Source of the DNA: Octopus sinensis
Taxonomy: Eukaryota
Direction of reading: 5' to 3'
Assembly: GCF_006345805.1 (NCBI RefSeq)
Contig: NC_043011.1
Coordinates: 66,848,464-66,912,463 of the forward strand
Length of the DNA: 64,000 bases
The notes below the pieces were generated by a model, which made no database searches, was not told the DNA's origin, and saw only the letters and a program-made list of their open reading frames with translations. Both the position numbers and the translations under genes were made by a program. This document shows positions 1 through 12,204 of this stretch, piece by piece. Within the stretch, counting starts at the first letter, position 1; the number at the start of each line of letters is the position of its first letter.

Positions 1-59
1 GGCTCATTCACCTGTGTTGTTGTATAAGCGGGGATATCCTTCTTTCATCCATAGATCAA

Positions 60-960
60 CAGTCTGCAAACGTTATCTTCTCCCATGTATGAATTCATGG
101 AATTTTTTTACTGCAAATATGATGGTTAATGCTTCTTTCTCTGCATAAGCGTAAATTTTGTCAACCAGCAATAAGGATCGCGAACCATGATCTACAAATT
201 TCATATTTGTGGAAAATCACATCTCCAAAACGAATTTCATTAGCGTCAGATGCCATTTCTAAATTCAGGTTTAACTGTTATAAAACCTTCCGATGTTAAG
301 AGATTTTTAATTTCTTGAAAATTTTTTGGTATTTGTCCGACTAATTCCACTTAAAGTTTCTTTTAATAAGTTATTCAGGGATGCTCTCAAATCATGCATA
401 TTCGGTATATATACCTCAGTAATTTGCGTGCCATAAAAATACTTGTAACTATATATTGTTTCATGGGAGAGGGATATTATATATTGCAGTCGTCCTTGCA
501 CTCTTCCTTTAAGATTATCTATTATTAAAAATTTCGATATTCCCCATCTCCTCGTGCCTGCATATATGCTTCAAATAGGTCCAATTTCCTCCATTGAACT
601 TCCCGAACATTTTGTCCGAACTTGGTTACGGTAATCATATGATATCAAACATTTGTTTAACGCTTAGGAAAATCAGCTTATACACGGATTTATTATATTT
701 TGTTGATATTAACTGTTGGGCTCGCAATCCTAAAAGTCTCGTCGTCGACACTATTATATACTTGGTTGCCTATATATGCTTTTAAGAAAGCTGTGGGAAA
801 GCAAAGTATTCACAAACCAAACTTCCGACTGTCATCACCCGAGACTCCTGCATCTTCTCTTGTCTCAAGGAGACACATTATTCTTTATAAGAGTTCGACG
901 TATCCTCCTTTTAATCGCACAGGGGTTTAATATGTCTATCACCACAAAAATATTATTTTT
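60..960 (-). mobile_element. Degenerate Ty3/Gypsy LTR-retrotransposon pol remnant (RT-RNase H)
   Basis: Minus-strand frameshifted peptides FGKFNGGKLDLFEAYMQ (RT), YIPNMHDLRASLNNLLK (RT thumb/connection), ASDA and YAEKEALTIIFAVKKFHEFIHGRR (RNase H) match Gypsy pol motifs; many stops and frameshifts. Confidence 0.75.
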
Positions 961-1744
961 CAAATGGATCCAATCCACGTTTGTATTCTGCAAACGATGA
1001 GCAGTTTGCTATAATATAATATCAATAATATACACTCGACTTATAGCTGTAGCTGAAGGGTATGAACATATATCATAAACTTTATTACCATTCCTCAACT
1101 GATGATTTATTGCCAAATTTTGATCTAAGTTCTTGTAGCATTTCTCTCCTTAAATTTTGTCGTTTTTTAGATATATAAAAGTCACAAGTTTAACCGTTGC
1201 CAGTTGTTTGTCTGTTTATACTTTATATCGTTGGGCTTCTATCGGCACCTTTGGAGCAAAGACAATAGCAAATCTCCACAAGGCAACCTACATGTTTAGT
1301 TTCAGCCCATGTTGCATGTCAGTCTGAGCATTTACCGCATTTCAGATCGAATGTTATTAGTATCACTAATTATATATATAAATATATAAATATGCGTGTG
1401 TGTGCGGGGTCTGTGTGTCTGTATGTCTGTGTGTCTATGGGTGTGTGTGAGCGTTTGTTTGTGTGTCTGTGGGCGTGCGTATACATGTCTGTGATGTGTG
1501 TGTGCATGTCCGTGTTTATGCGTATGTGGAGAACTTTCTTTCTATGATTAAAAAAATCCATCAATAGCAGATATGCTGTCACGTGTACATGCTACATGTA
1601 CATGATCTGACACAAGACACTAAATTTACGTCATTTATATTTGTAAACATTTTAAATACTGTGAAATATTTTGTACACCAAGTATGAATGGAATGGAAAG
1701 ATTCTTGCCGAAATGATTCGGCTGATAAAATAGAACATTCTAAA

Positions 1745-2110
1745 CATCATATCAACAAAAGGAGCCGCAATTCATCCAACAGATTCAAAACATTATCGAT
1801 TACAAACCGAGAATATAGATGTAGATTATTTTCGAAAATCTCGCGGTATCAGAGTTAAACATCAGAAGTGTTGGGCACAAATCTTTCTGAACTGAGCTTC
1901 TGCTAATTTATGTGTCGTCCAGAACACAGAAAATGGTTTGATCTGTACCAAGTGGTTACTTAACAACGTTAAAAACGATCGCGAACATTGCAAGATTTGG
2001 GTTTTGGGGAGAAAATTTGGAAAAGACAAACGTTTGTCCACTTATAAACAATTTCTTATTAAGGTGGGAAAATGATCAGAAAACCGTTTGTATTCATCTT
2101 TTCAAATATA
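1745..2110 (+). mobile_element. Decayed Tc1/mariner-like transposase fragment
   Basis: Short peptide PQFIQQIQNIIDYKP resembles the HTH region of an invertebrate Tc1/mariner family; remainder degenerate. Confidence 0.4.
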
Positions 2111-2152
2111 TAATAACATACCAAGTATTTACTATTAATTACTCTACTATAA

Positions 2153-2196
<44 letters not shown>

Positions 2197-2301
2197 ATAT
2201 ATAAAATCATATTAAATGGAATGGAGGGGAAGTTATGAAAATTTACATTTCCAGTAGTCTATTATGTAAACTTTTGAGTGCAAAAGACTATATATTACTA
2301 T

Positions 2302-2975
2302 ACGATATAGTGTATATTTAATTCCATGAGGAATCTACTTATAGAATTCAATACGCTAGAAAGAACAGCTAGGTTCTATAACCACAAATTAGGGATAAAC
2401 TCAAAAGAACGAAAAAAATGAAAAACATTTTACCGTCTAGTTTCCTGGACCATTGGATTCTGATTTTAGTTTAGCAAGTCAAGGAACTCGCTAGGTGCAA
2501 TCTTCTTCAGCAGGACCACCTAGGGTTAAACGTATACACGCTGGGCGATGAAACTACTTGTCCCGTATTTATACGTCCTAACCTCTTCAAAATCTACTGC
2601 GCAGCCGCAGACCCTCGCTAGCAATAAAAAAAGGCAACTTTAAAACCGAAAATTATGTAGCGAAGGTCTGCGGCTGCGCAGTAGATTTTGAAGAGGTTAG
2701 GATGTCTAAATACGGGACAAGTAGTTTTATCGCCAAGTGTGTATACGTTTAACCCTTGGTGGTCCTGCTGAAGAAGATTGCACTAGCGAGTTCCTTGACT
2801 CGCTAAGCTAAAATCAGAAACCAATTGGTCCAGGAAATTAGATCGTAAATGTTTTTCATTTCATTCGTTCTTGTTGAGGTTTATCCCTAATTTTGTGGTT
2901 ATAGAACCTAGCTGTTCTCTACGTATTGAATTCCTATAAGTAGATTCCTCATGTATTTAATATACACTATATCGT
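2302..2975. repeat. Long inverted repeat (foldback/MITE-like palindrome), ~320-bp arms and ~37-bp loop
   Basis: 2302-2620 is the reverse complement of 2658-2975 (e.g. ctcttcaaaatctactgcgcagccgcagacc / ggtctgcggctgcgcagtagattttgaagag), roughly 90% identical by eye. Confidence 0.92.
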
Positions 2976-3087
2976 TATATCTTTATATATATCTGTGTAT
3001 GTATGTATTATGTATGTATATATGTATGTATATAACACTCGCAAATACTTATGAAAATTCAAAAATAGTTATCATTTCGCTACTTAC

Positions 3088-3124
3088 GGAAAAGAACAAA
3101 GAAAATAAATATGGAATATTTTAT
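3088..3124 (-). pseudogene. CRG1 signal-peptide exon 1 paralog with start codon mutated to ATA (IKYSIFIFFVLF)
   Basis: 37-nt exon ATA AAA TAT TCC ATA TTT ATT TTC TTT GTT CTT TTC C|GTAAGT. Same length, phase-1 donor and upstream flank as the other exon 1 copies; no in-frame ATG in the preceding ~10 codons. Confidence 0.7.
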
Positions 3125-3884
3125 TACGTAGTTTAGCGTTGGACTCAATAACTGCTCAATCTCTGACGATATAACGCGTAATTTTCTTTATAATAGTGAT
3201 GTAACATGTGTCGGAACGGTGCAAACAGCCTAATAAATTGGATTTATGGCGTTCTTTTGTAATATTTCAGACGTATTTGTTGATTTAGAGAAAATTGTCT
3301 ACATCATTACGTACGTTTGATGATTGTTTAAAAGTTTAAAGTAACTATCTTAATTTTGCCTGTAAATTTCTAAGCTTCAAAATGGTCGAGCGGCTATCAG
3401 GTATTGGAGGTTGTTGGGGTGTCAGCCTTTCAAACCTCATAGACGTCTGCTGGCAACATATTTAACTCGGGTAAGAGTAAACATACAGTATTTCTCTGCT
3501 CTTTTCACAGCTATATTTCGTTGGGAATTTAATTGTCTGAAAATCACTAATACGTTCGGGGATTCCAAAGTTATCCTGAATATCATCTGAGATAGCGGTC
3601 TAATGACTGCATGTTAGTTAAAGCAAGAGCTTTCAGTCTGTCCGCACTTACTACTTTACTTCCTATTTCACACAGAGAACGGTAAAGCGATAGAAGTCTC
3701 CTCGGAAGCGTAGAGGCGGCGAAATGTGTAGATGCGGGGGATGTACAACTTTCACCATAAGATATATCGTGACGGATGTGTATCTGCTTTTCTCAGGGGA
3801 AATAGGTCACAAACATACTTTCCCTTAACACAAGAACATTGTACACACACACACACACGCACACACACACACACTTATATATAT

Positions 3885-3916
<32 letters not shown>

Positions 3917-4332
3917 CTTCCGGCTACCCAGCAATGTAAACTACACACTACACACGTATTAGCGATTTCTTTTCCTTATTTGGACTTTTCTATACTCCTT
4001 TCCGACAAAGTGCTCAGCACGAATGTCAACTCCTTATTTTTACCAAGTGTTAATATACACATTCCTTAACCCGTTCTCTTGCTCTCCCTTAGCTGTATTC
4101 GTTTATTTGAACAGTGTTTCTTTATGTGAATTCCTGTGTTGAAGCATATATCGTTGTGTCTGGAGAGAGTCATTCAGTTTTAATGTTTTATTAACACACT
4201 CGCCGCTTCCATTTCCACTCATTTACTTCTTTATTTTCTAAAATTGTCCTTGCTTCTGCAACCTCTTCTTGAAGTAACTGAGTGTATTAAGTACTAAGAC
4301 ATTAATAGAGAATGTCTCACGCCACCCGAGGC

Positions 4333-4419
<87 letters not shown>

Positions 4420-4429
4420 AAATATTAGG

Positions 4430-4714
4430 GAATAAATCCAAACTTACAGGGAAAAATAAGATTGAGGATTGAATCCAATTTTATAGTAAAATATTATATT
4501 ATTTTAATTAGAGATAAACCCACTATCAGGCAAATCATACAATGACATACTTAAGCCAATACATAAGATTATGAAACGATCGTAGTGTTATACTAAATTA
4601 TCTTTTTTTATAATTTTGATATATATTTAAAATAATATTAATTATTAATCTATGCTTTGGCTTAAGCTTTTCATTGTATGATTTGCCTAATAGTGGTTTT
4701 AAAATCTTCTATTA

Positions 4715-4715
<1 letters not shown>
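4430..4715. repeat. AT-rich Penelope-type terminal-repeat fragment arranged as an inverted repeat around a half hammerhead (GAAACGATCGTAGTG)
   Basis: Same family as 11336-11775; arms ~4515-4570 and ~4650-4710 are reverse complements; the junction carries GAAA-CGATCG-TA. Confidence 0.6.
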
Positions 4716-4773
<58 letters not shown>

Positions 4774-4785
4774 ATAATACATAAT

Positions 4786-4826
<41 letters not shown>

Positions 4827-4983
4827 CAATAATAAAAACCAATAATAATATGAGGGAATATTCCCAAACTTACTGCAGGAATAAATTCAATTTTGAATAC
4901 TAAATCAAATGTTATCATAAAATATAATAATATATATATAGTCTATATAATATATATATATAATATATATATATCTATATAAA

Positions 4984-5083
4984 NNNNNNNNNNNNNNNNN
5001 NNNNNNNNNNNNNNNNNNNNNNNNNNNNNNNNNNNNNNNNNNNNNNNNNNNNNNNNNNNNNNNNNNNNNNNNNNNNNNNNNNN
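4984..5083. other. Assembly gap (100 N)
   Basis: Run of exactly 100 N; the true size is unknown. Confidence 1.
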
Positions 5084-5710
5084 ATCTCAATTTCATTGCA
5101 ACTGAGAGTGAAAGACCAATTTATGAAGGACAGATCCTTTGTGATTGCTTCCCTCTCGTATTTGTGGAAGTTTATGTTGTCAAATAAGTGCACTGGATTG
5201 GGATTGGCTGATTTGGTTTTGATATGCCGGAAATTAAAGTTACAGACTATCATGTTGTCGTTTGAGAGGAGAGTTTTTTCAACTGAAATACTGTGAACAG
5301 AGCTATTGTGGTTGGTTAATATGAAATCGAAAATCGTTTTATTCTGTTTTATTTGTCCGAGCACAAGCTGAATCAGGAAATATTCACCCATTAGATTAAA
5401 GAATAATTCTCCTGCTGCTTTATCTGGTGTAGAACATTTGTCTAACTTCAGAGTATTTGTGGGACCGTTTATATAAGGGACGTTAAAATCACGCACCACC
5501 AGTATGTTTCCGGATTTGTATTTTAGAAGGAAGGAATTGATTTTGTTGAGTCATTCTTCAAAGAACTTTAGAGGTGCTTGGAGAGGCCTGTATAGAATAA
5601 CAATGATTATATCGTTGGCCTTGTTGAATAGGGACATGGATTCACCATAGCCATTGGAAAATGTGCAGTGAGTGATGGGTTAATGCCACGTACATTTAGC
5701 AGTATGTCAA
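5084..5710 (-). mobile_element. CR1/L2-type LINE fragment (APE endonuclease region)
   Basis: ORF 4975-5499 has degenerate GDFN (VRDFN), IFDFILTN and SND (SDH-like) motifs; 5460-5700 is near-identical to 24700-25150. Confidence 0.75.
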
Positions 5711-5789
5711 ACACATAATCAATACCAACACACATAAAACGCATAAACACACACACGCCACCCAGACAAACCCAACACACATGGACACA

Positions 5790-6330
5790 CATACGAACAT
5801 ACACATACACACACTAGCACGCACGCAACACACTAACAAACATTAACCACACACATACACAACACACACACACACACACACACACAAACGGGCACACATA
5901 TACACACACATTCATACTAAATCTTAAAAACACACATCTATTTACACCACAATCGACCCTGGGACCAATCAAAACCGGCCCACACACACAAAGACATGTG
6001 TGTATATGTATATATATACATATATATATATATACATACACACACACCCACTCACACCGTTTTGACCGACATACAGACACACATATACACACACGTGCGC
6101 ACACACAGCACTATAACAAATACCAATCATGCACATTCATACACACACAAACACACAAAAACACACACATATATATGTATATACACACACACTCGCACCA
6201 TATATACGCACACACACTGTTGACACACGGGCACACATATATACACACCATCCTACCAGATTTTACAATCACACAGACACATCTATTCACACCACATATG
6301 TATATACACACACACAAAGACACACACACT
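5790..6330. repeat. Compound (CA)n/(TA)n microsatellite
   Basis: Degenerate CA/TA repeats; source of several spurious ORFs. Confidence 0.9.
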
Positions 6331-6544
6331 CAAACCATCTTAACCTCTAAAGCCAATCCCCCAAATCCTTGATGCTTGAAGGAGAGACAAAAAGGTGAAA
6401 TTCCGTTCAGTTCCACATTACTACTCCTTCCCACCACCCAAACACACCTACTGTGTGACTTGAAATAGATAATATTCTTTTACGTTAATATGGTGGACAG
6501 GTCAGTTTTAGCTCCCCTACTATTATAATGAAAACCTTTTTGAA

Positions 6545-6713
6545 CTCATAATATTCTGTGCGAGTATACCAATATTCCACTGAACTTTTTAATAATTCCT
6601 TCTGGAAATTATTTTGAGAATGTATAATATATTTGTTGTAATCTTTTGTGCCCAATATTTCAATGAATTTGTTAAACTTTTGTATGTTCTTAACATGCTC
6701 TTGTCATCAAAGA

Positions 6714-6744
<31 letters not shown>

Positions 6745-6950
6745 AGTACTCTGTGTCAACCAATATTCTGTGCGTGTTTGAATATACAGATACAATACCA
6801 ATATCCCACTGAACTTTTTAATAATTCCTTCTGGAAACTATCTTTAACATGTTCTTGAGAAGGATTATTTATGTAGTAATTTTTTGTGCCCAATATTTTA
6901 AGGAACTTGTTAAACTCTTTTATGTCCTTGTTACCAAAGACTGTATATAT
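6545..6950. repeat. Local direct duplication (~190-bp unit) separated by (TA)n
   Basis: aatattctgtgcg...ccactgaactttttaataattccttctggaaa...tttgtgcccaatattt occurs at ~6550-6710 and again at ~6760-6940. Confidence 0.75.
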
Positions 6951-7128
6951 GTAATGTAGCATTTTGTAACAACCATTAATCAACGCAACCAAACTTCTAC
7001 ATGTTACGTTTACAAGCTTTTTCCAAAGAGTGAAACCGGTAAAGTAAATAAACATCTTTTAAAATTGCATTTTCAAACCTTCTTTCGCATATAATTCCGC
7101 TCGTGCAGTACCCTACAACTCCTCTTTG

Positions 7129-7176
<48 letters not shown>

Positions 7177-7191
7177 TATATATATATTATA

Positions 7192-7248
<57 letters not shown>

Positions 7249-7290
7249 ATATATATATATATATAATATATATATATATATATAATATAT

Positions 7291-7323
<33 letters not shown>

Positions 7324-7577
7324 TAAGCTATGCATGAATGTTTGGATGTATGTATTAATTCATGTGGGCAAGAGTAGAGAGGGAGAATTAAAAATATCAA
7401 TATTCTGAGCACAAATATGAAGGGCTATTACCATGCGCACGTAAGTAACTCCCGATTATAGAAATCCCTCGGCTTAGTCTGTTCATCTGTATATTTGCGC
7501 GCTGGGTATGCTTCGCCCCTCTTGTGCTTTTTTCTTTATTTTTTACATTACAAAATAATTTCCATATGGATACTTAC

Positions 7578-7614
7578 GGAAAATGACTAAGAAAAAAACG
7601 ACGCAATATTTCAT
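7578..7614 (-). CDS. CRG2 exon 1 (signal peptide MKYCVVFFLVIF); downstream exons not seen
   Basis: ATG...TTC C|GTAAGT, 37 nt, identical to 54002-54038 and one synonymous change from 27716-27752. Confidence 0.75.
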
Positions 7615-7649
7615 TGTGTAATTTCGTGTCGAACAGCTCCTATTCTGGC

Positions 7650-7755
7650 GATGTGCATGTGGAAACATGTATTGTAATTAAATATGAAGTAACATGTGTT
7701 TCAACTAACACAGACAGCATGTAAATTAGATCAATGACATGCAATGCCATAATAA
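7650..7755 (-). promoter_or_regulatory. Conserved putative promoter block upstream of CRG exon 1 (TATTTAA TATA-like element; conserved gcatgtaaa-gatcaatgac block)
   Basis: Block recurs upstream of exon 1 at ~27790-27895 and ~54075-54180, in diverged form at ~36570-36665 and ~60700-60775, and weakly at ~3190-3250. TATTTAA lies ~65 nt 5' of the ATG. Confidence 0.5.
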
Positions 7756-7779
7756 TATTTTTATACTTTTTATACTTCT

Positions 7780-8330
7780 ACATTCACGAGCAACTGGTAC
7801 TTAATTTATTGATCCTGAAAGGATGACAAGCAAAGTTGACCTCGGCGGAATTTGAACTCAGAACGTGTACGACGTACGAAATAAAGTTAACGTTTTCGAC
7901 CGGCGTGCTTAAAATGTCTGCCAGCTCGCCGCCTTGCACGGAGAATAATATTCTTATCTCATCTAGACTTTGGTGGTGGGGGCCAGTCGATTAGATCGAC
8001 CCCATTACGCGACTGCTACTCAATTTATCGGCCCCAAAGAGATGAAAGTCAACGTCGACCACAGCTGAACTTGAACTCTGAACGTAAAACCGGAGAAATA
8101 CCTATTTCTCTACTACCTACAAGGGGCTAAACACAGAGAAGACAAACAAGGACAGACAAACGGATTAAGTCGATTATATCGACCTAAGTGCGTAACTGGG
8201 ACGTATTTAATCTATCCCGAAAGGATGAAAGACAAAGTAGACCTCTGCGTAATTTGAAATTAGTACGTAGCGGCTAAGCATTTCACCCGGCGTGCTAACT
8301 GTTCTGCCAGTTCGACGCCTTAAAAGAAGA
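7780..8330. mobile_element. Cluster of SINE-type repeat fragments (gtcgattagatcgacccc...gaaaggatga...ctcggcggaatttgaactc family)
   Basis: Several partial copies of one short interspersed repeat; a matching cluster lies at 54210-54900 and a single copy at ~28005-28095. Confidence 0.7.
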
Positions 8331-9159
8331 TTACAAATACAAAGTGTTCGGTCTAGATTTAACAACATATATTTATGTATTCTCAAAGGCAAACCTTTAT
8401 GAATTTCTGACCATTCAACATCGCTGGAGGGCGTATATATTCATGTTGTAATTGTGAAAATGTCAGATGACATGGAGGAATGGTAGCCAGTTTCAAATTT
8501 GGGGACAAGTCAAGCTATTTCGGTTAGTGTGGAAAAAATCCATCACATTCATCTCGGCACTTCATTTCTGCATATTTCATCGATCCTAAAGATAAGGTTC
8601 CATCGACATCGACGGTAATGGAACTCACAATTTCCGCTCTCATTTTCGATCTTTTCCTCCCTTCACATTTCTTTCTTTCTTCTCTAATTGTATTCTCTTT
8701 CTACTGCTTTTTTATAATCTCCTATTCTCTTGACACTTATTCACATTTTTCTTGCTCAACTAATTCCCTTCTCATTGCTTCTCCTCAAAATAGTTAATTG
8801 CTTTCTAAACATTACACTCTAATATATACAAACACGGATGTGTGTCTATATGAATTTGTATGAGTGTGTATCGTCAGTATTTCATATTTCCGAAGAAAAG
8901 CACGCTCGAATGCATTAAAAAAGTAATCTAATTTTAGGAAGTTAAAACTTACGGCCTGTCATAGATTGATCATTGCGCAGATATAAAGGTTTTAAGGGTA
9001 TAAACGTCTCGTCGGATTCTTTATAATTGCGAAACCCATGGTCACTATATGACCGGCCATAACTTTCACCTTTATAATGTGTGTGTGAGTGTGTGTGTGT
9101 TTGTGTGTATGATGTGTACGTGTGTGTATGGTGTGTGGTTAGACTACTGCAAGATCGCA

Positions 9160-9250
9160 TCGTCAGATCATGTTGTTCGATTCCCACACAAGGCACGGAC
9201 TTGTGTCCTTGTGCAAAACACTTCATTACACGTTGCTCAATTCCATTTAT
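9160..9250 (+). mobile_element. tRNA-derived SINE fragment with conserved central-domain motif
   Basis: B-box-like gttcgattccc followed by gtgtccttgtgcaaaacactt, similar to the Deu/Meta-type SINE core. Confidence 0.45.
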
Positions 9251-9373
9251 GATCAGTGCGGAACGTTAGCCTGCTTACTCAGCCAGTTGGATGTCATTTG
9301 AAAACTTAAACGGTACAACATGCATCTTCGTCATCGGTGTTCAGCGCTATCTTATAACCTGGTTGCTCTCGTG

Positions 9374-9439
<66 letters not shown>

Positions 9440-10129
9440 GTGTGTGTGTGTGAATGTATCAAGAATTTTGGTGTCTACATTGAGCAACATGGGGAGAATT
9501 CCTATCAAGATATATGGACCATCAAACCTTGATAATAGGGCAAATGGAAACACGATACAAGTTTAAATGGTGAGTCAGTTTGGTGGCGGATTACTCTTGG
9601 CCATTGAAACATGATGGTCCTCATGCACAGAACACGCGAAATTCATAGCGGTTCTCCCTCTTTTCGATCAATATAAGGGCTAATCCTTAGGAGCATATTT
9701 GTTCTTACGTTCATTGGAGTTGATGATGAGAATTCATCACTTATTTTATGATAGAATGATTTATTTCATGTTGATTTGGAATATATATGTTCCTAACACT
9801 AACAGAATATGTTTTTCCATGTTTCATTAAATTGCTTTAATTAAGTAACAATTTATAAAAAAGTTCACATCGTTATTATCATGAATAGGTACTGTATTGA
9901 AATATCTTACGCGACGAAGCATAATAGTGTAGATATTTCAAACCAGCAAACCCTTAATGAGTAAGATCACATCCGTGAATAAAATCATGCAAGAAAAAAT
10001 CCCAAAATCAGACCTACGTATTCCCGAGATATTTATTCAGAAGGTTTTTTCTTTGAGACCGGTGTACATCTTGTCGGGGTGGGGGTGAAAATGTTTATAT
10101 GCGTATACTAAATGATTCATCTTCATGTT

Positions 10130-10800
10130 CGACATCATTCGAACGAAGTTGCTGTTCAAAGAAGCTTCTGGACGTGTGAGCATGTGCATTTGTTACACGT
10201 TCGACTTGCGTCAAACGTACAATTCAGAGGGACATAAGTCTGGTCTGTTTGAATCTCACTTGTCGGGCGATACATGATCGTAAGCGGATTAAATATTAAC
10301 TCCAACATCTCAATGAACACTAGCATAAATACTAAATCTCCGGTGGAAGGTATGAGTTGTGACATCTTCTTCACTCATGACTTCTAAATCTATCACATTT
10401 CTGGTCAATGCTTCTGAGGATATTGCAGAAAGAACTGTACAATCTGCGATTTCTCTTATTGCTTTTGCCATTTGATCAACTTTTTTCTTAAACATAGACG
10501 AAACGAATATTCGTGAGATTTATTCTTGTTATGTATCGGCTTGACATTGATCAACCAATTTCCAGTGTCTTGGATGTTATATCCAGACTACTTCACAGTA
10601 AATACGCTATATACTTGATATTCCTTCATCACATTTCTGAAAGTGGACTCCGGTTCATGATGTGGTTACCTAACGAATTTTTTCTTTGCTTTTCGTACAA
10701 TTGAAACATTTCCTCACATATCAGAACGCGCTGCTACTTCAGACAATCGGACAACTGTGTTCACAGCTGACACGGATGCAATGATCATCCGCTTCATTTC
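10130..10800 (-). mobile_element. Decayed Tc1/mariner-like transposase remnant
   Basis: Fragmented peptides VMSEEDVTTHTF and VFIEMLELIFNPL resemble the region between catalytic Asp residues (GxVMPPHFF...YIEVLETVVKPW) of invertebrate Tc1-like transposases. Confidence 0.45.
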
Positions 10801-11287
10801 CGGTGTATTTTAAGACAAACAATTTTACTCACTCTTCCTCTCTAGCTCACGTGGCCCCCACGTGATCATCGGCCATCTTTCTTCTCCTAACTTGTGCTTA
10901 TTTCTCTCTGTTGTAGCTGGATCAAGGAAGATGTTTTCTTGCCTGTCTCCTGTCCAATCTTGATTTACGCGTTCGACACTACAACCACGTTTAGGCTTAG
11001 GAAACCTTCCTGTTTGTTTTCACTGTCCTGTTTGTGTTACTAATTTGAACCCTCCGCAAAATACCACATTACGTTTAATTTTCCTTGCAGGTGCAACTGT
11101 TTTATCGAAAGCCACACTTGTTAAATAATGGAAATACGAGAGTAGAAAATTATGAAGTTTCATTCTTTGTGTTGCTTGCTTGTTTTCCACTTGAGTCTTT
11201 CGCTGTTCGAAATAATGGTTCATATTCCATGTACTCGTACTTCGTATCTTTTGTTGTACATGTTTCGTGACGTCTTGTACCAACATA

Positions 11288-11334
<47 letters not shown>

Positions 11335-11335
11335 T

Positions 11336-11775
11336 AAATTAGAGATAAAACCACTATTAGGCAAATCATACAATCAATGAAACACTTAAGCCAACACATA
11401 AGATTATTTAATTTATATTATTTAAATATATAACAAAATTATTAAAAAAAATATAATTAATATAACACTACGATCGTTTCATGGCTGTTAATTTCTTTAA
11501 ATTTTCGAGTTGCAGTCATTCTTCAGGTGGTTTAAATATTTAACTTGGCGATCGTAGTGTTATATTAATTATCTTATATTATATATTTTTTTAATAATTT
11601 TGTTATATATTTAAATAATATAAATTAAATAATCTTATGCATTGGCTTAAGTTTTTCATTGTATGATTTGCCTAATAGTGGTTTTATCTCTAATTTAAAA
11701 TAATATAATATTTTACTATAAAATTGGATTCAATCCCAAATCTGATTTTTCCCTGTAAGTTTGGTTTTATTCCCT
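11336..11775. repeat. Penelope-type terminal repeat in inverted (palindromic) configuration
   Basis: 11336-11476 is the reverse complement of ~11549-11700; the spacer holds a hammerhead core. Confidence 0.8.
11462..11533 (-). ncRNA. Type I (minimal, Penelope-type) hammerhead ribozyme with intact core
   Basis: Minus strand: CAC-CUGAAGA-AUGACUG...CAGCCAU-GAAA-CGAUCG-UA/GUG. Core boxes intact, stem II 6/7 pairs, palindromic stem III, predicted GUA cleavage between 11469 and 11468, short stem I (CAC/GUG). Confidence 0.65.
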
Positions 11776-11789
11776 AATATTTATTATTA

Positions 11790-11872
<83 letters not shown>

Positions 11873-12204
11873 GTATGCATGTATGTATATATGTATATAT
11901 GTATGTATGCATGTAGAAAATTTTGAAAAAAGACCTCTATTAAACAATTCAATAGTGAAAGACGTTATCCCCACCATATAGAAGAGGTTATATATATACT
12001 ATAGAAAACATTATTCTAAAAATCAATAGAGTACATAAACAAAACATAGAAAACAGTCTACGTGCGCTTCGTGGCTATATTTACAAATAAATAATAATAG
12101 TAAAATGAATTAACAATATAATCACTCTTCAGATCTATAACAATAATAATTATAATAATAATAATATTATTAATAATAATGATAATAATAATATTAATAA
12201 TAAT

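Noticed and set aside
4905-5096. ORFs running through X residues
   Set aside because: Artefacts of the 100-N gap.
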